Origin: an uncultured Candidatus Saccharibacteria bacterium
GTDB lineage: Bacteria; Patescibacteriota; Saccharimonadia; Saccharimonadales; Saccharimonadaceae
Length of the DNA stretch: 64,000 nucleotides
NCBI GenBank assembly: GCA_963545865.1
Contig: CAUUJX010000005.1
Location: 12,529 to 76,528 of the forward strand
Reading direction: 5' to 3'
Shown: piece by piece, positions 1 through 8,363 of the stretch
Layout: the number at the start of each line of letters is the position of its first letter
Numbering within the stretch: position 1 is the first letter of the stretch
The notes under the pieces: model-generated
What the model was told of the DNA's origin: nothing
Databases searched by the model: none
The model's input: only the letters and a program-made list of their open reading frames with translations
Position numbers and translations under genes: made by a program

Positions 1-1
1 A

Positions 2-118
2 ATCAACCTGCGTACGCTCACGACACTTGAGCGCATTAGTGCCGAGCCAAGCCAGAAGACGATGATCCTCTTCCCAGCAGAATTGACAGAGGTACTGCGA
101 GGTATTAAGCGGTCATGA
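2..118 (+). CDS. 3' end of an unidentified CDS truncated by the window edge
   Basis: This frame is open from base 2 to TGA at 116-118. The stop overlaps the next gene's ATG (ATGA), which suggests operon coupling. Only 38 codons are visible and carry no recognisable motif. Confidence 0.3.
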   Translation: MNLRTLTTLERISAEPSQKTMILFPAELTEVLRGIKRS

Positions 119-1302
119 TCGACTTTCGTCAGAATCGAGCGCGTTGCATTGATGCGCTTGCGGGTGGGCTGGCAGTATTGACTGCGTATGACGAAGTGCA
201 GGGCAGTGGCGATGAACCAGCGCCGTTTCAGCAGGAGTCGAACTTTTGGTGGCTTAGTGGAATTGAGCGACCAGGTTGGAAGTTGATTATCGATGGACGA
301 CGGAACCGCACAACACTCGTACGGCCTCATCTCGATGCGGTGCAGCAGACCTTCGTTGGTGAACTCAGCAGTGAGGAAGCCAAGCGGATCAGTGGTGCCG
401 ATGCAGTGATTGACGCCCACGATTTTGAGGCAGAGCTGCGCCAGCTTGCCAAGCGCCATACGGTTGTATACGAAGTAAACGACCGCACCGACTACGGTTT
501 TATGCTCAATCCCGCCTCGCGCGACCTGAGCAAAGTGCTACAGCGGATCTTTCCCTCAGTACAATCGTGTCTCCGTCAGCTGCGTGAACTGCGGGCTATC
601 AAGCAGCCAGAAGAGATTGCTGCGCTGCGCCAGGCAATTGCGCTGACTATCGAGGCCTTTGAGGTAGCCAAGCAGCGCTTGCCAGACTGCCAGCATGAGT
701 ATGAGTGCGAAGCGGAATTTGACTACTTATTCCGGCGCCACAATGCTCGCCATGCGTATAGTCCAATTGTCGCTGGTGGTGCTAACGCTTGTACGTTGCA
801 CTACAGCCATAATTCAGGGCTGCTTACCGCTGAGAATATGGTGCTGATCGATGTCGGGGCGCGGGTCAATGGGTACTGTGCGGACATCACTCGCACCTAT
901 GGCATTGAGCCGACGCAGCGCCAGCAGGATGTCCATGCTGCAGTAATGCAAGCGCAGCAACACATCATAGAGCTGCTCGAGCCAAATCTCCCCGTGGCTG
1001 ACTATATCCAGCAGAGCGACGACATTATGCGCGACGCCTTACAGCAGCTTGGCCTTCTACGTGATCGCCACGACCAAGCTATTTTCCGGCGTTACTATCC
1101 GCATGCTACCAGCCACGGGCTTGGCGTCGATACACACGACAGCCTGGGTGCGCCGCGGGTACTGCGCGCCGGTATGGTGCTTACCGTCGAGCCAGGAATT
1201 TACATTCCAGAGGAAGGCATTGGTGTCCGGATTGAAGATGACATTCTCATTACGCCGAGCGGCCACGATAATCTCAGCGCCAGCTTATCGACAAAATGGT
1301 AA
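115..1302 (+). CDS. pepP: Xaa-Pro aminopeptidase / M24 family metallopeptidase
   Basis: 395-aa ORF. The C-terminal half carries the M24 pita-bread metal-ligand pattern: DVGARVNGYCADITRT, HGLGVDTHD, VLTVEPGIY, GVRIEDD. Confidence 0.8.
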   Translation: MIDFRQNRARCIDALAGGLAVLTAYDEVQGSGDEPAPFQQESNFWWLSGIERPGWKLIIDGRRNRTTLVRPHLDAVQQTFVGELSSEEAKRISGADAVIDAHDFEAELRQLAKRHTVVYEVNDRTDYGFMLNPASRDLSKVLQRIFPSVQSCLRQLRELRAIKQPEEIAALRQAIALTIEAFEVAKQRLPDCQHEYECEAEFDYLFRRHNARHAYSPIVAGGANACTLHYSHNSGLLTAENMVLIDVGARVNGYCADITRTYGIEPTQRQQDVHAAVMQAQQHIIELLEPNLPVADYIQQSDDIMRDALQQLGLLRDRHDQAIFRRYYPHATSHGLGVDTHDSLGAPRVLRAGMVLTVEPGIYIPEEGIGVRIEDDILITPSGHDNLSASLSTKW

Positions 1303-1310
1303 AAAACCGC

Positions 1311-1316
1311 TATACT
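1311..1316 (+). promoter_or_regulatory. -10 box TATACT, 7 nt upstream of the ATG at 1324 (leaderless-type promoter)
   Basis: GCTATACTAGAG occurs here, again at 24424-24435, and minus its last base at 57347-57357. There is no SD between the box and the ATG. Confidence 0.5.
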
Positions 1317-1323
1317 AGAGCAA

Positions 1324-1725
1324 ATGAAACGACAATTTTTTGCCTTTATTATCCGCTGGGTGCTAAATTCACTTGGGCTGTGGATTGCCGTACGTATCTT
1401 TGGTACAGGCTATATCGGTGTCCAACCCGATATGAGTATTGCCGTGTTTTTGCTGGCTGGACTCATCTTCTCAGTCGTCAATGCAGTCTTTAAGCCGATT
1501 GCCATCATCCTATCGCTTCCCGCTATTCTCGTCACGCTCGGTCTCTTTACCGTCGTTGTCAATGGCTTTATGGTCTATATTTCACTAATACTGGCACCAG
1601 GTCTCAAGATGACGTTTCTTCACTCCATCTTGACAGGCCTGATTATGAGTCTGGTAAACTATATAGTAAGCAGCGCGCTCGAGTTAAATTATGGGCGCAC
1701 GCAGGAGGAACAACATGAATCTTGA
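1324..1725 (+). CDS. phage-holin-family-4-like (YvlD/DUF360-type) small membrane protein
   Basis: 133 aa with 4 predicted TM helices. The sequence pattern (FIIRWVLNSLGLW...VNAVFKPIAIILSLPAILVTLGLF) is typical of this family. Confidence 0.6.
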   Translation: MKRQFFAFIIRWVLNSLGLWIAVRIFGTGYIGVQPDMSIAVFLLAGLIFSVVNAVFKPIAIILSLPAILVTLGLFTVVVNGFMVYISLILAPGLKMTFLHSILTGLIMSLVNYIVSSALELNYGRTQEEQHES

Positions 1726-1948
1726 TAGTATTCTACAAACAATAATGATTGGCTCGGCCATCTTGATGGTCCTGGCTATTTTGCTTCAGCAGCGCGGGGC
1801 GACGCTTGGTGCAGGCTTTGGTGCCTCGGGCGAGCTCTATACCACGCGGCGCGGCTTAGACAAGAACCTCTTCGAGGCAACGATCTTTTTGGCTGTTACC
1901 TTTGTTGGGTCTATTTTGGCGGCACTTTTGTTGCCGTCTGCGGGGTAG
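1715..1948 (+). CDS. secG: preprotein translocase subunit SecG
   Basis: Internal ATG at 1715 is preceded by AGGAGG (1703-1708). 77 aa with two TM helices and the SecG-like core LLQQRGATLGAGFG. The N-terminal part of the 1691 ORF overlaps the upstream gene. Confidence 0.75.
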   Translation: MNLDSILQTIMIGSAILMVLAILLQQRGATLGAGFGASGELYTTRRGLDKNLFEATIFLAVTFVGSILAALLLPSAG

Positions 1949-1951
1949 GGC

Positions 1952-3814
1952 ATGGCGAATCGGCAGGAGAAGCACCTCCAGCGCCGTGAGACCTCGTCGG
2001 CAGTTGTGCCTCAGGAGGATGAATCGCTGCGAGCAGCCAAAGCAGCGAAATCGGTACCATCTCGCCGCAAGAAACCACGCCGTGACCTCAAGCAGCTCGA
2101 AGATAGCGCGACGCGCCACGTTGGCAAGTTCTTAGGGAGCCGCTTCGAGAGTTTGCGTCGAGCCCGGCGGCGGGTTGTGCTGTGGCTTGTCCTTATTGCA
2201 GTGATTTTGCTTGGTATTATTGCTCAGATCTTTATCCGCCGCGACGCGACAACGGCAACTGGTGGGACTGGCGGGACGTATATCGAGGGGGCGCTTGGCC
2301 CGATTGAGACGCTGAATCCTCTCTTTGCAACCAGCAGTGCCGAGCTTTCGGCCAGCCAGCTCATGTTCTCTTCACTCTATCATTACGACGCCAAGGGCTC
2401 ACTCCATACAGATGTTGCAACGAGCCTTGCCTATAACGAAGCGAGCAAAACCTACACCGCTCAATTGCGTGATGATGTCCGCTGGCACGATGGGCACAAG
2501 CTGACCGCCAAGGATGTTGTCTTTACGATCAACCTCATCAAGAACCCAGCAGTGCGCTCGCCCTTGCGCGTCAACTGGGTCGACGTCCAGGCTAAGGCGG
2601 TTAACGATACCACTGTGCAGTTTGTGCTACCTGCAACGTATGCTGCCTTCCCTCATGCATTGACCTTCCCAATTTTACCAGAACATATGCTAGGCTCAGC
2701 GACGCCAAGCTCAATGCGCCAGGCACCATTTAATCATTCGCCAGTTGGTAGTGGGCCGTTTAAGTTCCAGATTTTGCAATCGACCAACAATGCTCGCCGG
2801 CCAAAGACGGTGCATGTTGTCGCTTTTGATGGCTATTATGGTGGTCGGCCCAAGCTCGATCGCTTCGAACTCCAGGCTTATAGCACACAGCAAGATATCG
2901 TCTCGGCTTTGCAAGCTGGTGAACTGAGTGGCGCAACCGACCTCTCCGTTGTGATGCGCAAAGATATTCCACGCAACCAATACACGACAACCACTGTACC
3001 AACCGACCGCGGGGTGTATTTGCTCATGAACAATACCAACCCCATCCTGAAGGATCGCGCGGTGCGCAAAGCCCTCCAATTAGGCACCAACACCGCTGCG
3101 ATTCGCACCTCGCTGGGTGAGGGGGTGCAGCGCCTCGATGGGCCGTTTATTCCGAGCCAACTTGGGGGCATTAATACACCATCTGCAGACAAGCCCGACC
3201 GAGCAAAGGCTGCTGCAATGCTGGATGAAGCAGGCTGGAAGCTCGCCGATGGCGGCAAAGTCCGCAGCAAAGATGGCCAAAAGCTGGAGATTATGATCAC
3301 TACCACGAAGGGCGCGGAGTACGAAGCGGTTCTCGCTAAGGTAATGGAGCAGTGGCAGCAGCTTGGCGTAGCGGTGACGCAGCAAGTGATCGACCGCTCG
3401 GCGACGTCATCCACCTTTGTCCAAGGGACATTGCAGGGGCGAAGCTACGATGTTTTGCTCTATGAGTTAGCGATTGGTGCCGACCCTGATGTCTATGCCT
3501 ATTGGCACTCCTCTCAGACTGGCTACCAGGGCTATAACTTCGTCAATTACACGAGTCGCACCGCAGATGCCGCATTGGCCAGCGCCCGTACGCGCCTCGA
3601 GCCAAAGCTGCGTGCTGCCAAGTACAAAGCGTTTGCCGAGCAGTGGTACAGCGACGTGCCTGCGATTGGTCTCTATCGGTCGGCTAGTGTGTATGCGACA
3701 GGCCCTGGTGTCCAGGCCATCCAGCAGGGCGATACCCTTGTCTCCGGTGCAGATCGCTACGCAGACGTCCTCCGTTGGACAGTGACAACGCGAGATGTTT
3801 ACAAAACCCCCTAA
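1952..3814 (+). CDS. ABC-transporter family-5 (peptide/nickel type) substrate-binding protein, N-terminally membrane anchored
   Basis: 620 aa: a basic N-terminal tail, one TM helix (VVLWLVLIAVILLGIIAQIF), then an SBP_bac_5-like domain (RDDVRWHDGHKLTAKDVVFT, GSGPFKF). No permease or ATPase genes are adjacent. Confidence 0.75.
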   Translation: MANRQEKHLQRRETSSAVVPQEDESLRAAKAAKSVPSRRKKPRRDLKQLEDSATRHVGKFLGSRFESLRRARRRVVLWLVLIAVILLGIIAQIFIRRDATTATGGTGGTYIEGALGPIETLNPLFATSSAELSASQLMFSSLYHYDAKGSLHTDVATSLAYNEASKTYTAQLRDDVRWHDGHKLTAKDVVFTINLIKNPAVRSPLRVNWVDVQAKAVNDTTVQFVLPATYAAFPHALTFPILPEHMLGSATPSSMRQAPFNHSPVGSGPFKFQILQSTNNARRPKTVHVVAFDGYYGGRPKLDRFELQAYSTQQDIVSALQAGELSGATDLSVVMRKDIPRNQYTTTTVPTDRGVYLLMNNTNPILKDRAVRKALQLGTNTAAIRTSLGEGVQRLDGPFIPSQLGGINTPSADKPDRAKAAAMLDEAGWKLADGGKVRSKDGQKLEIMITTTKGAEYEAVLAKVMEQWQQLGVAVTQQVIDRSATSSTFVQGTLQGRSYDVLLYELAIGADPDVYAYWHSSQTGYQGYNFVNYTSRTADAALASARTRLEPKLRAAKYKAFAEQWYSDVPAIGLYRSASVYATGPGVQAIQQGDTLVSGADRYADVLRWTVTTRDVYKTP

Positions 3815-3846
3815 CATGCGGTATAATCAACAGTGTCGCGAGATAT

Positions 3847-3934
3847 GCGGACGTGGCGGAATTGGTAGACGCGTCAGCTTGAGGGGCTGGTGAGCATTGC
3901 GCTCGTGGAAGTTCAAGTCTTCTCGTCCGCACCA
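3847..3934 (+). tRNA. tRNA-Leu (anticodon GAG), long variable arm, CCA encoded
   Basis: Acceptor GCGGACG/CGTCCGC. Anticodon stem TCAGC/GCTGG with loop TTGAGGG. Long variable arm, T-loop TTCAAGT, 3' ACCA. Confidence 0.9.
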
Positions 3935-3958
3935 GATATGATGCCTCGTGACACATCA

Positions 3959-3989
3959 ACACCACCAAGATAGGTGGTGTTTTGCTTTT
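3959..3989 (+). terminator. intrinsic terminator after tRNA-Leu
   Basis: Stem ACACCACC/GGTGGTGT, loop AAGATA, followed by TTTGCTTTT. Confidence 0.7.
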
Positions 3990-4118
3990 GTAAAATACAG
4001 GAGGGAGAGAACACGCTTGAAATACCTATATAACAACCAAAACGGCTTGATCATAAAATGCAACAATTAATCGGCGAACTGCTTGTGTTTTGTAAAAGGG
4101 TGGTGCATAATAAAGACA

Positions 4119-4246
4119 AGCTGGTACGCAAAAAGGGGTACCGTTGCGTCCAAACACAAACATCGTGCCAAAACAAACATTGTGCCCCAGGGTGGGCGCG
4201 TAGCAGCTACCGGCAAATCACCTCTAGTCAAAGAGGTGATTTTTTG
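4119..4246 (+). ncRNA. candidate small RNA (unknown family) ending at a strong intrinsic terminator
   Basis: TG-CATAAT -10-like box at 4104-4111. An 11-bp helix pairs AGCTGGTACGC (4119-4129) with GCGTAGCAGCT (4198-4208), with one G-G mismatch. It encloses a tandem CA-rich repeat (4150-4167 / 4168-4184). Terminator at 4216-4246. The overlapping 64-aa ORF has no RBS. Confidence 0.3.
4216..4246 (+). terminator. intrinsic terminator with no annotated gene upstream
   Basis: Perfect 10-bp stem AATCACCTCT/AGAGGTGATT, loop AGTCAA, then a T-run. Confidence 0.75.
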
Positions 4247-4264
4247 CTATAGTCTATAGCAGAC

Positions 4265-4341
4265 GGGGCATTAGCTCATTTGGCTAGAGCGCTTCGCTGG
4301 CAGCGAAGAGGTGACCAGTTCGAATCTGGTATGCTCCACCA
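4265..4341 (+). tRNA. tRNA-Ala (anticodon GGC), CCA encoded
   Basis: Acceptor GGGGCAT/ATGCTCC with the G3:U70 Ala identity pair. Anticodon loop CTGGCAG, T-loop TTCGAAT. TGCTATAGT -10 box just upstream. Confidence 0.92.
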
Positions 4342-4342
4342 T

Positions 4343-4419
4343 GGATCTTTAGCTCAGTTGGCTAGAGCGCACGATTCACATTCGTGAGGTCGCAGGTTCA
4401 AATCCTGCAAGATCCACCA
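4343..4419 (+). tRNA. tRNA-Val (anticodon CAC), CCA encoded
   Basis: Acceptor GGATCTT/AAGATCC. Anticodon stem CACGA/TCGTG with loop TTCACAT. T-loop TTCAAAT. Confidence 0.92.
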
Positions 4420-4477
4420 TTTTGAGATTATTCCCTTCTGGTGTTGATCAGTAATCAGCATTGGTGAAGGTATAAGA

Positions 4478-4507
4478 TAAGCGAGGATATATCTCGCTTA
4501 TTTTTTA
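4478..4507 (+). terminator. intrinsic terminator of the tRNA-Ala/Val transcript
   Basis: Stem TAAGCGAG/CTCGCTTA, loop GATATAT, then TTTTTT. Confidence 0.7.
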
Positions 4508-4534
4508 TTAATAATAACGAAGTAGGGAGCTATC

Positions 4535-5260
4535 ATGTCAAAATTATCAGATCTATGGGAAAATGATCCAAACGTAACACCAGATTCGCAATGGTGGGAT
4601 CATCTTGTAGATGAATCGCTGAGTCTAGCGACAGACGACGCGTATCATCGGTGCGTCGCTGAGCTGAACGACGCATTCATCTACTCTGCAATGTCGGTCG
4701 AAGAACAGAAAATAGGAGATCGCCTAGCAGCTCCTCATTATTTTAAGGCACTTATTCATGCAGAGATGATGACTGAAGCGTTTGAGCAAGTGGACCCCAA
4801 TTGCGCTTCTAGAAGCCCCAAAGCATTTGACTACGAATCACTTCGTGATGCTATAGAAAATGTCACAACGAAACTCGAATCTAGAATCGAGTCGCAATTT
4901 GCTCAAGACAAAATCTGCAAGAACATGGATTACCTGTTTAGCGATTGGCTAGTCAAGTTAACTGATAACGTCTCGAAGTATTCAGCCGCCTGGTTTGATG
5001 AGGATTACGAATGGGAGCACCATGATAACTATGCAACAAGCTTCGACGAGGGGCAAAGCGTTCTCGCATTCCTCGCAAGATCCATAGAACGTGATGCTAT
5101 CCGCGACAAAGACTTCATCAGTAAAATCTCAACTTATCGTGACAGAATGTCTGGATTCGAAGAACGCCTCCGCCCACTCTTGCCGAAATTACGGGATCTT
5201 GAATTCGATAGTTTTCAACAAGATAATTTGGCTCCGGAGTGGCGGTGGTGGAGGCAGTAG
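4535..5260 (+). CDS. hypothetical acidic helical protein (no recognisable family)
   Basis: 241-aa ORF with SD AGGGAG 6 nt upstream. Visibly AT-richer than its neighbours. Trp-rich termini (QWWDH..., PEWRWWRQ). Confidence 0.6.
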   Translation: MSKLSDLWENDPNVTPDSQWWDHLVDESLSLATDDAYHRCVAELNDAFIYSAMSVEEQKIGDRLAAPHYFKALIHAEMMTEAFEQVDPNCASRSPKAFDYESLRDAIENVTTKLESRIESQFAQDKICKNMDYLFSDWLVKLTDNVSKYSAAWFDEDYEWEHHDNYATSFDEGQSVLAFLARSIERDAIRDKDFISKISTYRDRMSGFEERLRPLLPKLRDLEFDSFQQDNLAPEWRWWRQ

Positions 5261-5311
5261 GAACTGCTGGCTAGCTTTATTTACGGTTGTCTTGTGCTGT
5301 GAATTATAAAA

Positions 5312-5340
5312 ATAGCGACGAGGATATTACTCGTCGCTAT
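5312..5340 (-). terminator. intrinsic terminator of the minus-strand tRNA-Ala
   Basis: 11-bp stem ATAGCGACGAG/CTCGTCGCTAT. A T-run follows on the minus strand (TTTTATA). Confidence 0.65.
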
Positions 5341-5357
5341 AAAAATATAATAACACC

Positions 5358-5433
5358 TGGTGGAGATAGAGGGATTCAAACCCTCGACCTCAGCAATGCG
5401 AATGCTGCGCTCTATCAACTGAGCTATATCCCC
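5358..5433 (-). tRNA. tRNA-Ala (anticodon CGC), CCA encoded
   Basis: The reverse complement gives acceptor GGGGATA/TATCTCC with G3:U70, anticodon loop TTCGCAT and T-loop TTTGAAT. Confidence 0.9.
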
Positions 5434-5512
5434 ACGACTCCTTCTATTCAAGCACAAACGAGCGGGAGAATCAACCAGTAGCATTCCCGCCTGTTTCTGA
5501 TAAAATAAAGAT

Positions 5513-6823
5513 ATGTTCAAAAAGTTTATCCAAAAGCGGCTCGAGACGTATGTGAGCCGGTATTTTCAAGCCCATCCAGAGGTCAAGTTAATTGTTGTGG
5601 TGGGGAGCGTGGGCAAAACGAGCACTAAGCGAGCGGTGGCTACCTTGCTATCGCAGCGCTACCGTGTGCGCATGCTTGATAATAACCACAATACCAATCT
5701 CTCGGCACCATGTGGTATTCTCGGCGTGACCTACCCTAGCAAGGTACACAGCATTGGTGCCTGGCTTAAGGTGTTTGCAGCGGCTCGGCGGCGGGTTGCT
5801 CAGCCAGCTGACGTCGATGTGATTGTCCAGGAGCTTGGTACTGATCGGCCAGGGGAGATTGCCGACTTTGGCCGCTACCTCCGGCCTGACCTCGCCTTGG
5901 TGACGGCAGTAACGCCAGAGCATATGGAGTTCTTTGGCTCGATTGAGGCGGTGGCGCAAGAGGAGCTCTCCGTGACGCAGTATGCACGCCGAGTGCTGAT
6001 TAATCGTGATGATATTGAGGGGCGCTTTGCTGACCTGATTGCTACTCCACACTTTAGTACATATGGTACAACTGGCCTCGCTGAGTATCGCTTCGAACAG
6101 CAGAACTTTGATGCTGAGGTAGGCTATCGTGGGGGGATTATTGCTCCACCAAACATTGCTCAGCCATTCGCGGCGGCCATTAACGTGGTGGGTGAGCACA
6201 GCCTACGGCCAATCGTTGGTGCCGTCGCAGCGGCCTTGCTTTATGGCTGCACACCAGATGAAGTAGTGAAGGGCCTTGCGCTCATCAAACCTGTCCCCGG
6301 GCGGATGAACCCGCTGCTGGGCCTTGGCGATACAACAATTATCGACGATACATACAACTCCAGCCCGGCTGCTGCGCTGGCTGCTCTGCAGACGCTCTAT
6401 AGCTTTGCGCAGGCGCCGCAGCGGATCGCTATCCTTGGTGATATGAATGAGCTGGGTGCCTCGAGCCAGGCCGAGCACGAGAAGCTGGGCATGGCCTGCG
6501 ATTCGCATTTGCTTGATTGGGTGGTGACGGTCGGCGGCGAGACAGAGAAATATCTTGCGCCCGCTGCCCGCCGGCGTGGTTGCCAGGTGAAGGTATGCCG
6601 CAATGCGATCGAGGCAGGGCAGTTTGTCCGTTCGGTGGCACGGCCTGGTGCAGTGATTCTTGCTAAGGGGTCACAAGGTGGGATATTCCTTGAAGAGGCG
6701 GTTAAGATCCTCTGTGTCCTGAGCGAAGATACCGAGCTGGTGCGTCAATCACTCGCTTGGCAGGCCATCAAAGCGCCGTATTTTTCGGAGTACGAGAACT
6801 TCTTTGACGGGCCAAGCCAGTAG
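5513..6823 (+). CDS. murF: Mur ligase, MurF-like (UDP-MurNAc-tripeptide--D-Ala-D-Ala ligase)
   Basis: 436 aa with P-loop VVGSVGKTSTK and a Mur ligase C-terminal domain (DDTYNSSPAAA, LGDMNELG). The exact Mur paralogue was inferred from layout only. Confidence 0.7.
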   Translation: MFKKFIQKRLETYVSRYFQAHPEVKLIVVVGSVGKTSTKRAVATLLSQRYRVRMLDNNHNTNLSAPCGILGVTYPSKVHSIGAWLKVFAAARRRVAQPADVDVIVQELGTDRPGEIADFGRYLRPDLALVTAVTPEHMEFFGSIEAVAQEELSVTQYARRVLINRDDIEGRFADLIATPHFSTYGTTGLAEYRFEQQNFDAEVGYRGGIIAPPNIAQPFAAAINVVGEHSLRPIVGAVAAALLYGCTPDEVVKGLALIKPVPGRMNPLLGLGDTTIIDDTYNSSPAAALAALQTLYSFAQAPQRIAILGDMNELGASSQAEHEKLGMACDSHLLDWVVTVGGETEKYLAPAARRRGCQVKVCRNAIEAGQFVRSVARPGAVILAKGSQGGIFLEEAVKILCVLSEDTELVRQSLAWQAIKAPYFSEYENFFDGPSQ

Positions 6824-6887
6824 CGTTAATACGCGATTTATGGTATATTCTTACGTGTGAGACTAGTGCATTAAGCGGAGAACTATT

Positions 6888-8282
6888 ATGCCAACAGAGA
6901 AAAAACCAAAGGCAACTAAGCGTAGCACAACGCGTAAGACGTCGCCAAAAAACGAATCGGTGCAAGCCTCAGCCAAGGCTAGTGAGCCAGCAACCCCAGC
7001 TGCACAGTCAGCCCCAGCAGCTGAGCCTGCTAGCCAGCCAGTGCCAGAGCAGTCAGCCACTCCGGCTATGCAGCCAGCTCAGCCCCAGCCTCAATATCAA
7101 CCACACATGGCTCCAGGAGCTTTGCGTGCTCAGCCAGCCAAGAAGTCCCATCTTGGGCTGATTCTTGGCCTCGTCGGTGGTGGTGTAGCTCTGCTAGCAC
7201 TTATTGCTGGTGTGCTATTGTACTTCTTCTGGTATCAGAATCCACACAAGGTAGTGACAGATGGCGTGGCGAATCTAGTAACTGCACGGCAAGCGTCGTA
7301 TAGTATGGGCGGTGATGTTACACCAAGCAGCACTAGCACTTCAGGCCCATCGAAGGTTACCTACAGAGTGAATCTGCAATATGCCAACCAAGTTGCTGGT
7401 GGTAACGGTGAGGTAACGATGGACCTCCCGCAGGTTGGCCAGATTACTGTCAAGGCCGAGATCTATGCGGATCGCGAAGCAACCTACTTCCGCGTCAATG
7501 GCATCAAGAAAGTATATGAAAAATATATTGATACCATGATCGACCAGTCGATGAAGCGCTATAATACCTCGAGCATGACCGATGAGGAGAAAGATACTGC
7601 GCGGAGTAAGATGCGCGAGCAGTATACCAAGCAAGCACTGCCTATCATCGAAAAAATCGATGGCAAATGGGTCAAGATGACGCAAGATGAGATGCTTAAG
7701 ATGAGCTCAAACCGCACAACGACCAAGCAGTGCACAGAAGCAGTTGATAGCCTGTATGATGCCAAAGCCCGAAACGAAGTCGCTGCGGTACTGCGTAAGC
7801 ACGGTGACGTCTTTACGGTAGAGAAGATGAATAAGCCAGCGCTCGATAACGGCGCAGTGGGCTACAAGGTCACAGTAGCGAGCCCGTCGAGCCACGAAGC
7901 ACGCTTGCTTAGCCGTGATCTTGGCAACACCCGTATTGGGGAACTGCTTCGCCGCTGCAGCAACTCGACGTCGACTCGTGTGACGACACGCCAAAATGGC
8001 CGGACCATCAAGACCGAGCGGCACTCTGCTATCTCGGGGCCAGACTTGAGCCAGACGGATCTTGAGCTCTGGGTGTCGCCATTCTCGCACGATGTGAAGC
8101 GCATTGTCATGAAGCCAACTAGCCAGTCGTCTCAGCAGCCAGTGACGATCAACGTCAACGACACAAAGGTTGACTTGCGTAAGCCAAGCGAGAGCATCCC
8201 GTATAGCGAGCTCATGCGAGGCAGTAGCACCAGTAAAGATAACGACAGCGATACATCATCAACAAGCACCGGCGAAGCGTAG
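6888..8282 (+). CDS. hypothetical membrane-anchored protein with low-complexity N-terminal tail
   Basis: 464 aa: a K/T/P/A/Q-rich N-terminus, one TM helix (LGLILGLVGGGVALLALIAGVLLYFFW), then a large extracytoplasmic domain. SD GCGGAGA upstream. Confidence 0.55.
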   Translation: MPTEKKPKATKRSTTRKTSPKNESVQASAKASEPATPAAQSAPAAEPASQPVPEQSATPAMQPAQPQPQYQPHMAPGALRAQPAKKSHLGLILGLVGGGVALLALIAGVLLYFFWYQNPHKVVTDGVANLVTARQASYSMGGDVTPSSTSTSGPSKVTYRVNLQYANQVAGGNGEVTMDLPQVGQITVKAEIYADREATYFRVNGIKKVYEKYIDTMIDQSMKRYNTSSMTDEEKDTARSKMREQYTKQALPIIEKIDGKWVKMTQDEMLKMSSNRTTTKQCTEAVDSLYDAKARNEVAAVLRKHGDVFTVEKMNKPALDNGAVGYKVTVASPSSHEARLLSRDLGNTRIGELLRRCSNSTSTRVTTRQNGRTIKTERHSAISGPDLSQTDLELWVSPFSHDVKRIVMKPTSQSSQQPVTINVNDTKVDLRKPSESIPYSELMRGSSTSKDNDSDTSSTSTGEA

Positions 8283-8363
8283 ACAAAACGCCGCACATAA
8301 ACCCAACCCCGCTTTCGAGAAAAGAAGCGGGGTTGTCTTTGTCCTCGCCCACTATGGTAGAAT

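Noticed and set aside
4185-4210. SRP-RNA domain IV look-alike (CCAGG...AGCAGC)
   Set aside because: The 10 nt between CAGG and AGCA would form only a weak G-U-rich 3-bp stem with a non-GNRA GGCG loop. The flanking bases do not pair as in 4.5S RNA helix 8. Not enough to call ffs.
4058-4252. 64-aa ORF between the tRNA genes
   Set aside because: It has no SD, the codons run through a perfect terminator stem, and the sequence is low-complexity (QTQTSCQNKHC). The region is better explained as an RNA (see finding).
5281-5520. 79-aa (minus) and 64-aa (plus, 5287-5481) ORFs
   Set aside because: Both overlap the tRNA-Ala(CGC) gene and its terminator hairpin.
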